DNA from: a virus
Taxonomy: Duplodnaviria; Heunggongvirae; Uroviricota; Caudoviricetes
Virus record (IMG/VR): IMGVR_UViG_2534681810_000007
Location: 1 to 9,471 of that record
Strand: one strand, 5' to 3'
Length of the DNA: 9,471 nucleotides
This document shows, piece after piece, positions 8,494 to 9,471 of this stretch. The notes under the pieces are model-generated. The model did no database searches. It worked only from the letters and a program-made list of their open reading frames with translations, and had not been told where the DNA came from. How positions within the stretch are numbered: the stretch's first letter is position 1; each line of letters starts with the position of its first letter. Position numbers and translations under genes: made by a program.

Positions 8494-9471
8494 AAAGAGT
8501 TCGGATTAGGCAGAGACAGACGTATAGCAATCACTGAAGCTATACAGGCCAATATTGAGTTGCTATCCGGGAACAGGCGTGAGTCACTGATAGACAGAAT
8601 TAAAGGCGCTGACGCAATCACTCTTCATGCGTGGCTTGACCGATATGAAACAATCCTCAGCGAGAGGGGTATCAGGCCGAAAACTCTACTCGACTACGCC
8701 AGCAAAATCAGGGCAATCCGAAGAAAATTGCCGGACAAACCGCTCGCTGACATATCAACGAAAGAGGTGGCAGCAATGCTAAACACCTACGTAGCAGAAG
8801 GTAAAGCGGCTTCCGCAAAATTAATCAGGTCAACCCTTGTTGACGTTTTTCGTGAGGCAATAGCCGAGGGGCATGTGGCTACGAATCCGGTAACAGCAAC
8901 CCGCACAGCAAAGTCAGAAGTAAGGCGCTCAAGGCTGACAGCTAATGAGTATGTCGCGATTCACCATGCAGCCGAACCTCTCCCAATCTGGCTGAGGCTT
9001 GCGATGGATTTGGCCGTCGTTACAGGTCAGAGAGTCGGCGATTTGTGCAAAATGAAATGGTCAGACATAAACGACAACCATCTTCACATTGAACAGGGTA
9101 AAACAGGGGCTAAGCTCGCCATTCCGCTGACGCTAACGATTGACGCGCTCAATATCTCATTGGCCGATACACTACAGAAATGCAGGGAGGTCAGCGGCAG
9201 TGAAACAATAATTGCATCAACGCATCACGAACCGCTTTCCCCGAAAACAGTATCTAAGTATTTTACAAAGGCGAGAAATGCATCTGGACTCTCATTTGAT
9301 GGAGACCCGCCAACATTCCATGAACTGCGTAGCCTGTCGGCGAGGCTATACCGGAATCAGATTGGCGATAAGTTTGCTCAACGTCTTCTCGGGCATAAAT
9401 CAGATTCAATGGCGGCGCGGTATAGGGACAGCCGAGGGAGAGAATGGGACAAAATTGAAATCAACAAATGA
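8494..9471 (+). pseudogene. int: Lambda-family tyrosine integrase lacking its N-terminus (about 34 codons removed at the IS junction)
   Basis: Translation from 8494 reads KEFGLGRDRRIAITEAIQANIELLSGNRRESLIDRIKGADAITLHAWLDRYE... and ends ...RGREWDKIEINK with a TGA at 9469..9471, collinear with lambda Int from about residue 35. Catalytic-domain residues appear present (GQRVGDLC, HELRSLSARLY, LLGHKSD, MAARYRD). There is no native start codon; the first in-frame start is a TTG at 8560. Confidence 0.85.

Overview
This window is a segment of a defective lambdoid prophage. Almost all phage genes are on the minus strand, in lambda late-region order when read from high to low coordinates: a 3' fragment of replication gene P, ren, a tR2-like terminator, a small membrane-protein gene, a compact nin region (ninB, ninE, ninF, ninG, phosphatase), antiterminator Q, a pR'-like late promoter, an AT-rich membrane-protein moron, about 0.8 kb of terminator-containing sequence with no convincing gene, a phage-21-type lysis cassette (pinholin, SAR endolysin, Rz with embedded Rz1) and a Rha-family regulator. 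On the plus strand, a complete IS3-family (IS911-like) element at 7244..8492 is flanked on one side by the P fragment and on the other by an integrase gene lacking its first ~34 codons, so the whole early/immunity region appears to have been deleted. The most interesting candidates for undescribed biology are the uncharacterised 252-aa multi-pass membrane protein between pR' and the first strong terminator, the dark region downstream of it, and the 68-aa membrane protein between the tR2-like terminator and ninB. All protein identifications rest on reading the translations against remembered phage lambda and phage 21 proteins; no database search was run. I found no tRNA, rRNA or CRISPR array.
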